Source: Anaeromyxobacter sp. | GTDB taxonomy: Bacteria; Myxococcota; Myxococcia; Myxococcales; Anaeromyxobacteraceae | Length of the DNA: 64,000 nucleotides | Reading direction: 5' to 3' | Assembly: GCA_049840735.1 (NCBI GenBank) | Contig: JASGJN010000021.1 | Coordinates: 128,001 to 192,000 of the forward strand | In this document: positions 25,766-35,999 of the stretch, one piece after another | Layout: every line of letters begins with the position of its first letter | Position numbering within the stretch: the stretch's first letter is position 1 | Translations under genes and position numbers: made by a program | Notes under the pieces: generated by a model | The model's database searches: none | Told to the model about the DNA's origin: nothing | The model's input: the letters and a program-made list of their open reading frames with translations, nothing else

Positions 25766-26842
25766 ATGACCGAGTTCGAGCTCATCTCGCGCTTCACCTC
25801 GCGCCTGCCGCTGGACGGCGAGGGCGTGCGCCTCGGCGTGGGCGACGACGCCGCCCTGCTCCGCCCGCCGGCCGGCGAGGTGCTGGTCACCACCGTGGAC
25901 ATGGTGGTGGAGGGCGTCCACTTCGACGACCGCTTCACCCCGGCCGACGTGGGCTGGAAGGCGCTGGCGGTGAACCTCTCCGACCTGGCCGCCATGGGCG
26001 CCCGCCCGCTCTGGGCGCTGGTGTCCCTGGCCCTCCCGCCCGGCATCGCGCCGGCGCGGCTGGACGGCCTGGCCCAGGGGCTGGCCGCCTGCGCCCGGCC
26101 CCACGCCGTGGCGGTGGTGGGCGGCAACGTCTCGCGCGCCAGGGAGCTGTCGGTCGCGGTGACGGTGATCGGCTCGGTGCCGGAGAAGCTGGCCCTGACC
26201 CGCGGCGGCGCCCGCCCGGGCGACCTCCTGCTCGCCTCGGGCAGCTTCGGCGGCGCGGCGCTGGGCCTGCGCCCACGGGCCTCGGCGGCGCTGGCCAGGC
26301 GGCAGCGCCGGCCCGAGCCGCGGGTGGCGCTGGGGCGGGCCCTGGCCGGCGTGGCGCGCGCCGCCATCGACGTCTCCGACGGCCTGGTGCAGGACCTGGA
26401 GCACCTCTGCGACGCCTCCGGCGTGGGCGCGGTGGTGGACGTGCGCCGGGTGCCGGTGGACGCGGCGGTCAGGCGGGCGGCCCGCGGCCTGCCCGACCCC
26501 GACCAGCCGGCGCTGGCCGGCGGCGAGGACTACGAGCTGCTGGTCGCGGTCCCCCCGGAGAAGCTGCCCGACGCCGGCGAGGCGGCGCGCCAGGCCGGCG
26601 TCCCGCTGACGGTGATCGGCCAGTTCACCGAGGGCGGCGACGTCACGCTGCTCGACGCGGCGGGCCAGCCGCGGGCGCTGCCGGCGGGCCACGACCACCT
26701 CCGCCCACCGCGCGGCCGGGAGCGGCCCGCGGGTGCGCCTTTGACTTCACCCCCCGGACGTCTAGGATCCGGACCGACCCGCCGCCGTCCAGGGCGGGCG
26801 ATATCACGACAGCGAGGCAGACGTGGTTCGAGCCAGAGGTGA
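25766..26842 (+). CDS. thiL: Thiamine-phosphate kinase
   Basis: [38 protein letters not shown]; homology ends near GHDH (~26700). Confidence 0.93.
   Translation: MTEFELISRFTSRLPLDGEGVRLGVGDDAALLRPPAGEVLVTTVDMVVEGVHFDDRFTPADVGWKALAVNLSDLAAMGARPLWALVSLALPPGIAPARLDGLAQGLAACARPHAVAVVGGNVSRARELSVAVTVIGSVPEKLALTRGGARPGDLLLASGSFGGAALGLRPRASAALARRQRRPEPRVALGRALAGVARAAIDVSDGLVQDLEHLCDASGVGAVVDVRRVPVDAAVRRAARGLPDPDQPALAGGEDYELLVAVPPEKLPDAGEAARQAGVPLTVIGQFTEGGDVTLLDAAGQPRALPAGHDHLRPPRGRERPAGAPLTSPPGRLGSGPTRRRPGRAISRQRGRRGSSQR
26741..26768 (+). promoter_or_regulatory. Putative promoter of the dif operon
   Basis: TTGACT-N16-TAGGAT upstream of the MCP. Confidence 0.5.
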
Positions 26843-28211
26843 CGAGCGGCTCTCGACGCGCCCCAGCGCACGCGCCAGCGACGCGCCGCACCTGGTCGCC
26901 ATGCGGGGGCGGGCGCCCGAGCCGGCGCTCCGGCCCGCGCCGCAGGCGAGCGGCCTGACCGCGTCGCTGCAGACCAAGATCCTGGTCTCCTACCTGATCG
27001 TCGGCGCGGTGCTGTTCCTGGCCGTGCCGAAGGTGGGGGAGTACGTCAAGGTCTGGTGGATCGAGGCCATCGTGGTCCTCGCCATCACGCTGGCGCTGGG
27101 CGCGTTCCTGACCCTGCTGGTGGCCCGCGTGGCCCGCCTGGGCCGCCTGAAGGAGAGCGCGGTCGAGATCAGCCGCGGCGACCTCTCCCGCAGCGTGATC
27201 TCCGAGGAGCAGCGCGCCTTCCACGACGAGATCGACGACCTGACCGTCGCCATCCGCACCATGCAGGAGAACCTGCGGGACCTGGTGTCGCGCATCCAGC
27301 GCACCGCCCAGTCGGTCTCGGACAGCGCCACCGAGCTGCAGAACTCCGCCGAGGAGGTCAACGCCTCCACCGACGAGGTGGCCTCCTCGATGGAGAAGAT
27401 CGCCGAGGGCGCCGGGCAGCAGTCCGACCTGGTGGAGCGCACCTCCAAGGTGATCGGCGAGATCGCCGCCTCCATCGAGCGGACCGCCCGCAGCGCCGAG
27501 GAGGCGGCCCGCACCTCCGCCGAGACCTCCGGCGCCGCCCACTCCGGCGGCGAGGCCGCGCGGCTGGCCGGCGAGAAGGTGAAGAAGGTGTTCGCCCGGA
27601 TCGAGGCGGCCTCCGAGCAGGTCTTCGCCTTCGGCGAGCGCACCAAGGAGATCTCCAAGATCGTCGAGGCCATCACCCAGGTGGCCAACCAGACCAACCT
27701 GCTGGCCCTCAACGCCACCATCGAGGCGGCCCGCGCCGGCGAGTACGGCCGCGGCTTCGCGGTGGTGGCCGAGGAGGTGCGCAAGCTGGCCGAGTCGGCT
27801 GGGCGCTCCGCCGAGCAGATCTCCTCGCTGGCCACCGACATCTCCGGCCGCGCCGCCAAGGTGGTCGAGACCATGCAGGAGTCGGTCTCCGAGCTGGGCG
27901 ACGGCCGCGAGGACCTGAACGCCATCATCCGCACCCTGGCCGACATCGCCAAGATCGCCGCCACCGGCGCCGACAAGGTGGGCGTCATCTCCCAGGCCGC
28001 CCGCGACCAGCTGAAGGGCTCGGCGGACATGGTCCAGGCGATGGACCACATCTCCGACGTGGCCTCCTCCAACGCCAGCAGCACCGAGTCGGTGCGCAAG
28101 GTGATGGGCGAGCAGACGGCGGCGGTCTCGCAGATGGCCAGCGCCGCGCAGGAGCTGACCAACCTGTCGGTCGAGCTGCAGTCGGTGGTCTCGCGGTTCC
28201 GGCTCGGTTAG
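26823..28211 (+). CDS. difA: Methyl-accepting chemotaxis protein, DifA-like (two TMs, no periplasmic domain)
   Basis: Closely spaced TMs, [39 protein letters not shown]; operon order MCP-W-Y-A-C. Confidence 0.85.
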   Translation: MVRARGDERLSTRPSARASDAPHLVAMRGRAPEPALRPAPQASGLTASLQTKILVSYLIVGAVLFLAVPKVGEYVKVWWIEAIVVLAITLALGAFLTLLVARVARLGRLKESAVEISRGDLSRSVISEEQRAFHDEIDDLTVAIRTMQENLRDLVSRIQRTAQSVSDSATELQNSAEEVNASTDEVASSMEKIAEGAGQQSDLVERTSKVIGEIAASIERTARSAEEAARTSAETSGAAHSGGEAARLAGEKVKKVFARIEAASEQVFAFGERTKEISKIVEAITQVANQTNLLALNATIEAARAGEYGRGFAVVAEEVRKLAESAGRSAEQISSLATDISGRAAKVVETMQESVSELGDGREDLNAIIRTLADIAKIAATGADKVGVISQAARDQLKGSADMVQAMDHISDVASSNASSTESVRKVMGEQTAAVSQMASAAQELTNLSVELQSVVSRFRLG

Positions 28212-28214
28212 CCC

Positions 28215-28631
28215 ATGCGCCACGTCGTGTTCCGGATCGCGACCGAGCGCTACGCGCTCCCGCTCGACGCGGTCCGGGAGGTGGTGGTCCCGCAGCCGCC
28301 CTTCGCCCGCGTGCCGCGCGTGTCGGAGGCGGTGCGCGGCGTCATGAACCTGCGCGGCCGGGTGCTGGCGGTGGTGGACCTGGCGGCGCTGGTGGGGCTC
28401 CCTCCGCAGCCGCTCCGCGGGGGGACCGGGCAGGTGCTCATCCTGGAGGACCAGGGGAAGCGGGCCCTGGGGTTCCTCATCGGCGGCGTCCAGGGCGTCG
28501 AGCCGCTGACCCCTGGCAGCGAGGCCCCTGGGCTGGTGCGCGGCGTGGCCGCGGCCGGGGCCGGCGCGGTCACGGTGCTGGGGGTGGGGCCGCTGCTGGA
28601 GACCGCGCTGGGGCTGTTCGGGGAGCGATGA
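28215..28631 (+). CDS. cheW: CheW coupling protein (DifC-like)
   Basis: YALPLDAVREV, GVMNLRGRVLAVVDL. Confidence 0.92.
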   Translation: MRHVVFRIATERYALPLDAVREVVVPQPPFARVPRVSEAVRGVMNLRGRVLAVVDLAALVGLPPQPLRGGTGQVLILEDQGKRALGFLIGGVQGVEPLTPGSEAPGLVRGVAAAGAGAVTVLGVGPLLETALGLFGER

Positions 28632-28747
28632 GACGCGGCGTGACAGGCGGTCGCTGTGAGCCGAGGTGAGCAAGTCGGTCGATCGCTTGTCCGGCGAGTC
28701 AGTCCGGTGGTAGGGTCGCAGCACCTCCCGGGGAGGACCTTTTTTTT

Positions 28748-29116
28748 ATGCCGAAGCGAGTCCTGATCGTCGATGACGCGATCTTCATGCGCAACATGAT
28801 CAAGGACATCTTCAGCGGGTCCGGGTTCGAGGTGGTCGGTGAAGCCGCCAACGGACTCGAAGCCGTGGAGAAGTACCGCGAGCTGCGCCCCGACCTCACC
28901 ACGATGGACATCGTGATGCCGTTCAAGAGCGGCATCGAGGCCACGCGCGAGATCATCAAGACCGACGCCAAGGCGGTCATCGTGATGTGCTCGGCGCTGG
29001 GCCAGGAGTCGCTGGTGATGGAGGCCATCGAGGCCGGCGCGAGCGACTTCATCGTGAAGCCGTTCAAGTCGGAGGACGTGCTCTCGGTGGTCAAGAAGGT
29101 GCTGGGCGACGCTTAG
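28748..29116 (+). CDS. cheY: CheY response regulator (DifD-like)
   Basis: LIVDDA, TMDIVMP, FIVKPF. Confidence 0.95.
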   Translation: MPKRVLIVDDAIFMRNMIKDIFSGSGFEVVGEAANGLEAVEKYRELRPDLTTMDIVMPFKSGIEATREIIKTDAKAVIVMCSALGQESLVMEAIEAGASDFIVKPFKSEDVLSVVKKVLGDA

Positions 29117-29169
29117 CCCTCCCAGGTCCGCCGGCGCGCCGGCCGGCCGGCGAGGCTGGAGGAGGCGCC

Positions 29170-31240
29170 GTGGACCTCTCCAAGTACCTGGCGCTGTACG
29201 TGGCCGAGGCGGGCGAGCACCTCGCCGGCTACGGCCGCGACCTGGTCACGCTGGAGCGGGCGGTCCGCGAGGGCGCCGGGGACGTCCGCGAGGTCATCGA
29301 CAGCCTGTTCCGCCACGCGCACAGCGTGAAGGGCATGAGCGCGTCGATGGAGCTGGAGGGGCCGGCGGCGCTGGCCCACCGCGCCGAGGACCTGGTGGAC
29401 CTGTTCCGCCGCGGCGTGGCCAGGCCGGACGAGGCCTCGGTCGACCTGCTGCTCTCGGTGGGCGACACGCTCCAGGCCATGGTGCAGGCGGCGGGGCGCG
29501 GCGAGAAGCCGGCCGCGGACGCCGACCTGGTCCAGCGCGTCACCGGGCAGCTCAAGCGGCTCAAGGGCGAGCCGGAGGAGCCGGCCCCGGCCGCGGTGGC
29601 CCCCCCGCCGCCCGCGCCTGCCGCGGCCCCTCCTGCGCCGCCCCCGCCCGCCCCGGCGCCTGCGCCCGCCGCCGCCCCGGCCCAGCCGGAGTCGCGCGAG
29701 GCGGCCACGGCGGCCCGCGCCGAGGCGGCCCGGCCCGCGGAGGTGCGCACGCACCGGCGGGTCCAGGCGCTGGTGGAGATCGCCGGCAACTGCCCGGTGC
29801 CGGCGGTGCGCGGCTTCCTGGTGGTGAAGAAGCTGGCCACGGTGGGCGCGGTGGCGCGGGCCACCCCCACGGTCGAGGACCTCAAGATCGGCCGCATCCC
29901 CGGCAAGAAGCTGGAGGTGCTGCTCGACACGGCCGAGCCGCTGGCGGCCCTGGAGAAGCTGCTGGGGCAGATCTCCGACATCGCCACGGTGACGCTGCGC
30001 GAGCCGGAGCCGGAGCACGAGCCGGCGGCCCCGGCGGCCGCGCCGCGCCCGGCGGCGGAGGCGGTGCCGGCGGCGGAGGCGGCCCGCACGGTGCGCGTCC
30101 GCACCGAGATCCTGGACGGCTTCCTGGACGCGGTGGGCGAGCTGATCCTGGCCACCGACCGGATCCGCGGAATCGGCCGGACGGTGCCGGGGCAGCAGCG
30201 CAAGCCGCTGGAGGAGGGCGTCGACCGGCTGCACGCCATCGTCAAGGACCTGCACGACAAGGTCATGCGGGTGCGGATGACGCCGCTGGCGCTCATCACC
30301 GAGCGCCTGCCGCGCGCGGCCCGCGACGTGGCCCGCAAGGTCAACAAGCAGGTGGAGGTGGCCATCGAGGGGGCCGAGATCGGAGATCGACCGGGCCATC
30401 CTGGAGGAGCTCTCCGACCCGCTGCAGCACGTGCTGCGCAACGCCATCGACCACGGCGTGGAGCCGCCGCACCTGCGCCTGCTGGCCGGCAAGCAGGCCA
30501 CGGGGCACATCCGCATCCAGGCCCGGCGCGATCGCGACCGGGTGATCCTCGACATCTCCGACGACGGCAAGGGCATGGACCCGGCCAAGCTGCGCGCGGC
30601 GGCCGTGGCGCGCGGGGTGCTGACGCAGGAGGCGGCCGACGCGCTGACCGACCGCGACGCGCTGCTGCTGGCCTGCCTGCCGGGCGTCTCCACGGCGGAG
30701 CAGGTGACGGACCTGTCCGGCCGCGGCGTGGGGATGGACGCGGTCAAGCGCACGGTGGAGGCGGTGGGCGGCGCGCTGGAGATCGACAGCGTGCCGGGGC
30801 GCGGCACGAAGTTCACGCTGCGGCTGCCCCTGACGGTGGCGGTGCAGCCGGTGCTGCTGGTCCGGGTGGGCGAGGAGGTGCTGGGGCTGCCCATCGCCAA
30901 GGTGCACGGCGCGGCGCAGGTCTCGCTCTCGGCGCTGGACCGGACCCGCGGCGTGCCGGTGCTGCCCTACGCGGGCGACATCGTGCCGGTGCGCGACCTG
31001 GGCCACCTGCTGGGCTTCGACGAGGCCCCGGGGCGCGACGAGCGCGCGGTGGTGCTCACCGACGGCGGCGACACGGGCCGGGTGGGCCTGGCGGTGGACG
31101 GGCTGCTGGGCCAGCAGGAGGCGGTGCTGAAGCCGCTGGGCCAGCCGCTGGAGAACGTGCCGGGCCTCTCGGCGGTGACGGTGCTCGGCAACGGGCGCCC
31201 GGTCTTCATCCTCGACGTGCAGCGGCTCCTGGCGGCCTGA
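29170..31240 (+). CDS. cheA: CheA kinase (DifE-like), frameshift at ~30382
   Basis: Hpt FRHAHSVKG, Pro/Ala linker, LRNAIDHG, DDGKG, SGRGVGMD, C-terminal CheW domain. Confidence 0.92.
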
Positions 31241-31270
31241 CGTGGACCCCTCGGCGACACGGGTGCAGCC

Positions 31271-31891
31271 GTGAACCAGCTCTTCGGCCGCCGCGAGGTG
31301 GACGCGCTGCAGGAGCTGGCCTCCATCGGCTGCGGCCAGGCCATCACGGCCCTGGGCAAGCTGGCCGGTCACCGGCTGGAGATGGACGTGCCGGAGGCCT
31401 GGCTCTCGGCCCAGGCCGGCGCCATCGCCGCCTTCCTGGACGCGCTCTCGACCGACATCGTCACGGTGGGCGTGAAGCTGGAGGGGCCGCTCACCGGCGA
31501 CCTGCTGCTGGCCCTCCCGGAGCGCGACGCCGAGGCGCTGGCGGCGATGCTGGGCTTCCCGCCGGACAGCACCGGCCCGGACGGCCCGCGCTGGGCGGGC
31601 ATGGCGGAGAGCGCGCTGATGGAGTCCGGCAACATCGTGGGGAGCGCCTTCGTCTCCGCGGTGGGCACGCTCTGCCGCGAGAAGCTGCTGCTCTCCATCC
31701 CCACGCTGGTCCGCGGCAGCGGCCGCGCCTGCGTCGAGGCCCTCGTCTCCCACGCCGGGTCCGTCGCGCTGGCAACCCGCTTCACCGCCGGCGCGCAGGG
31801 CAAGCACAAGCTGGAGGGGCTGATCCTGGTGATGCCCGAGCCGGCCAAGATCGCCCGCCTGCTGGGGCACCTGCTGAAGCCGGAGGAGTAG
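31271..31891 (+). CDS. cheC: CheC phosphatase (DifG-like)
   Basis: DALQELASIGCG, SALMESGNI. Confidence 0.88.
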   Translation: MNQLFGRREVDALQELASIGCGQAITALGKLAGHRLEMDVPEAWLSAQAGAIAAFLDALSTDIVTVGVKLEGPLTGDLLLALPERDAEALAAMLGFPPDSTGPDGPRWAGMAESALMESGNIVGSAFVSAVGTLCREKLLLSIPTLVRGSGRACVEALVSHAGSVALATRFTAGAQGKHKLEGLILVMPEPAKIARLLGHLLKPEE

Positions 31892-31910
31892 GGGCGGGCG
31901 CGGTCCCTGG

Positions 31911-31951
31911 CCTTCGACTTCGCCGCCGCCGGTGGCGGCGGCTACGCTCAG
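31911..31951 (+). repeat. Left part of REP-like hairpin interrupted by the IS110-family element (continues at 33381-33390)
   Basis: CCTTCGACTTCG-hairpin-CTACGCTCAG | GCCGAACGGG. Confidence 0.9.
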
Positions 31952-32038
31952 ATGGAATGAAGCGGCTGGCCTCCACCTCGGGGTGGTGGCACGAATGCCC
32001 CACAACGCGGTCAGAGCCGCAGAGAGTGGAGACCAGCC

Positions 32039-33070
32039 GTGGACCATATTGGCATCGACCTGCACAAGAAGGACAGCCAGCTTTGCATCCTGAACGCGGA
32101 GGGCGGGGTTCTGGAGGTGCGGATCCCCACCCGGGCCGACCGGTTCGCCGAGGTGCTCGCGAACAGGCCGCGGGCCAAGCTCCTGCTGGAGGCCTCCACG
32201 GAAAGCGAATGGGTGGCGCGGCACATCGAATCGCTCGGGCACGAAGTGATCGTGGCCGACCCGAATTACGCGCCGATGTACGGGACGCGGACGAGGCGGG
32301 TAAAGACCGATCGGCGAGATGCCCGAGCGCTGGCCGAGGCTTGCCGTTCAGGGACCTACCGAGCGGCCCACCGGAGGTCGGAATCCAGGCGGACGGTCGC
32401 TGTCCGCTTGTCGGTGAGAGACACGCTGGTCCGCACCAGGTCGCGGTTCATCACGGTGACCCGGACGTCCTTGCGGAGCCATGGGCTACGGGCCCCGAGC
32501 TGTGAAGCCGAGCACTTCGCGCGGGTGGTGTTGGAGATGGCCCTGCCGGACGAGGTCCGCGACGAGGTCGAGCCGTTGCTGCTGATGTTCGACACGCTGA
32601 ACGCCCGGATCGCCAAGGCCGACGCTGACCTCGAGGCCATCGCCCGCGACAGCGCAGTGGTACGGAGGCTCACGACGGCGCCAGGCGTGGGCGTCGTGAC
32701 GGCCATTGCGTACGACGTCGTCATCGATGATCCCAAGCGCTTCCAGAGTGCCCAGCAGGTGTCCGCCTACTGCGGCCTGGTCCCTAGCGAGCTGAGCTCG
32801 GGCGAGAAACAGCGCAAGGGGCGGATCACCAAGACCGGCAACGCCAGGGTGCGCTGGCTTCTCGTCCAGGCCGCGCACTGCGTCTTGCGCAGCAAGAGCG
32901 CAGAGTCGCTGCCGCTGCGCGAATGGGCGGGGAAGATCCACCGGCGGAGGGGACGCGCAGTCGCCGTCGTGGCGCTGGCGCGCAAACTCTCCGGAATCCT
33001 GTTCGCGATGATGAGGGACGGGAAGGACTTCGACGGCAGCCGCACCTGCAGGGGAAACGCGATGGCCTAG
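32039..33070 (+). CDS. IS110-family DEDD recombinase/transposase
   Basis: GIDLHK, LLEAS, KTDRRDA (RuvC-like DEDD); TAPGVG, GLVPSELSSG (catalytic Ser loop); VALARKL. Confidence 0.96.
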   Translation: MDHIGIDLHKKDSQLCILNAEGGVLEVRIPTRADRFAEVLANRPRAKLLLEASTESEWVARHIESLGHEVIVADPNYAPMYGTRTRRVKTDRRDARALAEACRSGTYRAAHRRSESRRTVAVRLSVRDTLVRTRSRFITVTRTSLRSHGLRAPSCEAEHFARVVLEMALPDEVRDEVEPLLLMFDTLNARIAKADADLEAIARDSAVVRRLTTAPGVGVVTAIAYDVVIDDPKRFQSAQQVSAYCGLVPSELSSGEKQRKGRITKTGNARVRWLLVQAAHCVLRSKSAESLPLREWAGKIHRRRGRAVAVVALARKLSGILFAMMRDGKDFDGSRTCRGNAMA

Positions 33071-33365
33071 ACGACCGAAATCGGACCCAGTCGGGCGGAC
33101 GCCGGGCCGGAGATCCGGGAGTGAGGCGAAAGCGGGTTTCGAGACAGGGTGAGCGCGAGTTCGGCCTTGGCTGGTCACCAGGAACGGCCGTCGCTCAGAT
33201 GGCGCCCCCTGCTCGAATCCCCCACTGCGCCGGCGGCACTGCCGCCCCTGTCGAGCGCGAATAGAAGGCTGATGGAACTCGCGTTCGCCTGACTCCCTGA
33301 CCGATGGCCAACCAGCGCCGCCCAGGCTTCAGGACAAACGACATCACCGGCCCTTGACCGGGGAC
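33071..33365 (+). ncRNA. Putative bridge/seek RNA of the IS1111-type element (boundaries approximate)
   Basis: Structured NCR with GTTCGGCCT (33159-67), CGCTCAG (33192-98) matching the target and ATAGAAG (33261-67) matching the element end. Confidence 0.7.
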
Positions 33366-33472
33366 GCCGCTTCATAGAAGGCCGAACGGGGTTGCTGCAA
33401 CGGCCTGGCCGAGACGGGATGGCGCGGTCAGGCCGAGTGCGTGACGCAGTCAGGCCGAGCAGGCTTCACGGT

Positions 33473-33522
33473 CCGTTCGGGCTGAGCGTAGCGAGCCCGC
33501 AGGGCTCGCGGAGTCGAAGCCC
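33473..33522. repeat. REP-like hairpin
   Basis: CCGTTCGGGCTGAGCGTAG...CGGAGTCGAAGCCC. Confidence 0.85.
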
Positions 33523-33549
33523 AGGCTCATCCGCACGCGTCGACTGCGC

Positions 33550-34110
33550 TCACCCCAGCCGCTTCACCATCCGCGCCACCTCGCAGTCGAGGTCGCCCAC
33601 GCGGCACACCTTGCGGTGCACCTCGCTGAACCCGCAGCGCTCCCAGAAGGCGCGGCCGCGGGGGTTCTGGGCCACCACGGCCAGATACAGCGTGGTGAAC
33701 CCCTCGCCGCGCGCCCAGGCCTCGGCGGCGCGGAAGACGCGGTCGCCCAGGCCGGCGCCGCGGACCTCGGGCAGGAGCACCTGGAGCCCGAGGAAGCAGT
33801 CTCGCGGCTCGGGGAAGGCGCGCAGCAGCTCCACCGCGCCCACCAGCCGGCCGTCGGCGCGCCGGACGCCGAACACCGCCTTGTCGGCGGCGCTGCGGCC
33901 GGGCGGCACGTTGCCGAACAGGTCCTCCAGCTGGGCGTCGGAGGGCTCGCGCCCCTCGGACATGCGGACGTAGTCGGCGCAGCCCTGGAAGAGCGCCCGC
34001 AGCTCGGGGCCGTGATCCGGGGTGAGCAGCTCGAAGGCGTGAGCGGGGTCGGGGGGCGCGGGCACTGGGGGCACGGTCGACACGATACCCGGCGGGGAGC
34101 CGGGGAGCAC
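33550..34110 (-). CDS. GNAT acetyltransferase (start uncertain)
   Basis: PEVRGAGLG acetyl-CoA motif, NPRGRAFWERCGF. Confidence 0.88.
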   Translation of the reverse strand: MLPGSPPGIVSTVPPVPAPPDPAHAFELLTPDHGPELRALFQGCADYVRMSEGREPSDAQLEDLFGNVPPGRSAADKAVFGVRRADGRLVGAVELLRAFPEPRDCFLGLQVLLPEVRGAGLGDRVFRAAEAWARGEGFTTLYLAVVAQNPRGRAFWERCGFSEVHRKVCRVGDLDCEVARMVKRLG

Positions 34111-34149
34111 GCGGCGCCTGGTCGCCCGTGCGCGTGCTACATTTCAGGC

Positions 34150-34401
34150 GTGGCCACGACAGGCACACCGGGCCGCCCCAGCGGCGAGGAGCTCTCGCGG
34201 GCCATCGACGCCCTGGTGGACGAGTGGCGTGAGCGGTCGCTCTGGTACCTGCGCCGGGACTGGTATCCGCGGACCAGCGCAGAGCAGCGCAGCGCGCTGG
34301 AGGCCATCCAGCGCCGCTCCAATCTCGAGACGTTCAAGCGTGCAGCGAGGCTGATGGCATGGCTCTCACCGGATTCCAGCGCGACGTCTGCCGGGTCCTA
34401 G
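34150..34401 (+). CDS. Small helical protein, putative antitoxin
   Basis: GTG start 6 nt after TGc-TACATT; overlaps downstream NTase by 43 nt. Confidence 0.6.
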   Translation: MATTGTPGRPSGEELSRAIDALVDEWRERSLWYLRRDWYPRTSAEQRSALEAIQRRSNLETFKRAARLMAWLSPDSSATSAGS

Positions 34402-35168
34402 CCGAGCAGCGCCGCCGCGGAGGCGAGAGCTACGTCGCGGGCGGCGGGGCGCTCAACGAGCTGCTGGCTGCCCCTCGCCGGTCGCACGACCTGGACCTGT
34501 TCCATGACACGGCAGCTGCGCTGGCTGGGACCTGGGCGCGCGACCGTGAGGCCCTGCGCGCGGCGGGATACCAGGTCGTGCCGGAGCGGGAGCTGCCGGG
34601 GTTCGTGGTGGCGCGCGTGGCCCTCGGTGGCGACTCAGTGCTGGTCGAGTGGGCCCAGGACAGTGCCTACCGCTTCTTCCCGCTCATCGAGCATGAGCTG
34701 CTGGGCCTGACGCTCCACCCGTTCGACCTGGCCACGAACAAGCTGCTGGCCATCGCCGGCCGCCGCGAAGCACGGGACTGGGTGGATGGCCTGACCTGCA
34801 ACTCGCAGGTGCAGCCGCTGGGGTACCTGGCGTGGGCCGCGGCCGGAAAGGACCCGGGCTACACCCCCTCCGACCTCGTGGAGCGCTGCGCGGCGACCCG
34901 CTACGCCCAGGCTGAGCTCGACGCGCTCGACTTCGACGAGCCGCGGCCTGCTGCGGCCACGTTGTCCCGCAGCTGGCACCAGGCGGTCGAGGACGCGAGG
35001 GCGCTGGTGGTGGCGCTGCCCGGGGAGCAGGCCGGCACCTGCGTCCTGGACCTCGCTGGCAGCCTGCTGCGCGTCGGCCCCGATGAGCTCCGGACGGAGC
35101 TCGCAGCAGGGAAGGTGCGGTTCCACGCTGGTCGGATCCAGGGCGCGTTCCCGGAGCTCCGCCGCTGA
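34359..35168 (+). CDS. Nucleotidyltransferase, AbiEii/MenT (DUF1814)-like toxin
   Basis: YVAGGGAL...RRSHDLDLF, NKLLA...RREARDWVD. Confidence 0.75.
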   Translation: MALTGFQRDVCRVLAEQRRRGGESYVAGGGALNELLAAPRRSHDLDLFHDTAAALAGTWARDREALRAAGYQVVPERELPGFVVARVALGGDSVLVEWAQDSAYRFFPLIEHELLGLTLHPFDLATNKLLAIAGRREARDWVDGLTCNSQVQPLGYLAWAAAGKDPGYTPSDLVERCAATRYAQAELDALDFDEPRPAAATLSRSWHQAVEDARALVVALPGEQAGTCVLDLAGSLLRVGPDELRTELAAGKVRFHAGRIQGAFPELRR

Positions 35169-35252
35169 GGCGGGCCCTCCCGCCCGGATCCCTGGACGAC
35201 CCCGAACGCGCTCCGTGACTCGCCCCCCTCCGGCGGTTAGTCTTCGCAGCCC

Positions 35253-35996
35253 ATGGACGAACGGAAGCTCAGGGCCCTGCTCGGCCGCCTGGCCGGGGGG
35301 CAGGCCTCGGTGGACGAGGCGGTGCGCGCGCTGAAGGGCGTGCCGTTCGAGCAGCTCGGCGACGTGGCCACCATCGACCACCACCGCGCGCTGCGCAACG
35401 GGCTGCCGGAGGTGATCCTCGCCGAGGCCAAGACCGCGGCGCAGGTGGCGGCCATCGCGAAGAAGCTGGCCGCGCGCGGGCCGCTGCTGGTGACGCGGCT
35501 CTCCGAGGAGAAGGCGGGGCCGGTGCGCCGGGCGGTGAAGGGGTCGGTCTACGACCCGGTGAGCCGCACGCTGCGGCGCGGGCGGATGGACCTGCCGGCG
35601 CGCGGGCCGGTGGCGGTCTGCTGCGCGGGCACCTCGGACATCCCGGTGTGCGAGGAGGCGGCCGTCACGCTGGACGTGATGGGGCTGGAGGTCATCCGCG
35701 TCTACGACGTGGGCGTGGCCGGCATCCACCGGGTGCTGGCGCGCCGCGCCGACCTGGAGCGGGCCGCGGCGGTGATCGTGGCGGCGGGGATGGAGGGGGC
35801 GCTGGCCTCGGTGGTGGGCGGGCTGGTGGGCAAGCCGGTGGTGGGCGTGCCCACCTCGGTGGGCTACGGCGCCTCGCTGGGCGGGATCGCGCCGCTGCTC
35901 ACCATGCTCAACTCCTGCGCGCCCAACGTCTCCGTGGTGAACATCGACAACGGCTTCGGCGCGGCCTACGTGGCCGGGCTGATCGCCCGCGGGTAG
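35253..35996 (+). CDS. larB: NPN cofactor biosynthesis carboxylase LarB
   Basis: DHHRALRNGLPEV, AGTSDIPV, DVGVAGIHR, PTSVGYG, VVNIDNGFGAA. Confidence 0.95.
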   Translation: MDERKLRALLGRLAGGQASVDEAVRALKGVPFEQLGDVATIDHHRALRNGLPEVILAEAKTAAQVAAIAKKLAARGPLLVTRLSEEKAGPVRRAVKGSVYDPVSRTLRRGRMDLPARGPVAVCCAGTSDIPVCEEAAVTLDVMGLEVIRVYDVGVAGIHRVLARRADLERAAAVIVAAGMEGALASVVGGLVGKPVVGVPTSVGYGASLGGIAPLLTMLNSCAPNVSVVNIDNGFGAAYVAGLIARG

Positions 35997-35999
35997 AGG

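Larger units (their letters stand above)
31950..33380 (+). mobile_element. IS110-family element, IS1111 group
   Basis: AG core at both ends (31950-51, 33379-80); perfect sub-terminal IR ATGAAGCGGC (31957-66) / GCCGCTTCAT (33366-75); long 3' non-coding region. Confidence 0.93.

Noticed and set aside
29570..29700. Pro/Ala-rich repetitive DNA
   Set aside because: Ordinary CheA P1-P2 linker
33354..33380. Junction promoter of the IS110 circle (TTGACC at 33354)
   Set aside because: -35 is plausible, but no convincing -10 at 16-18 nt spacing across the junction; left unclaimed
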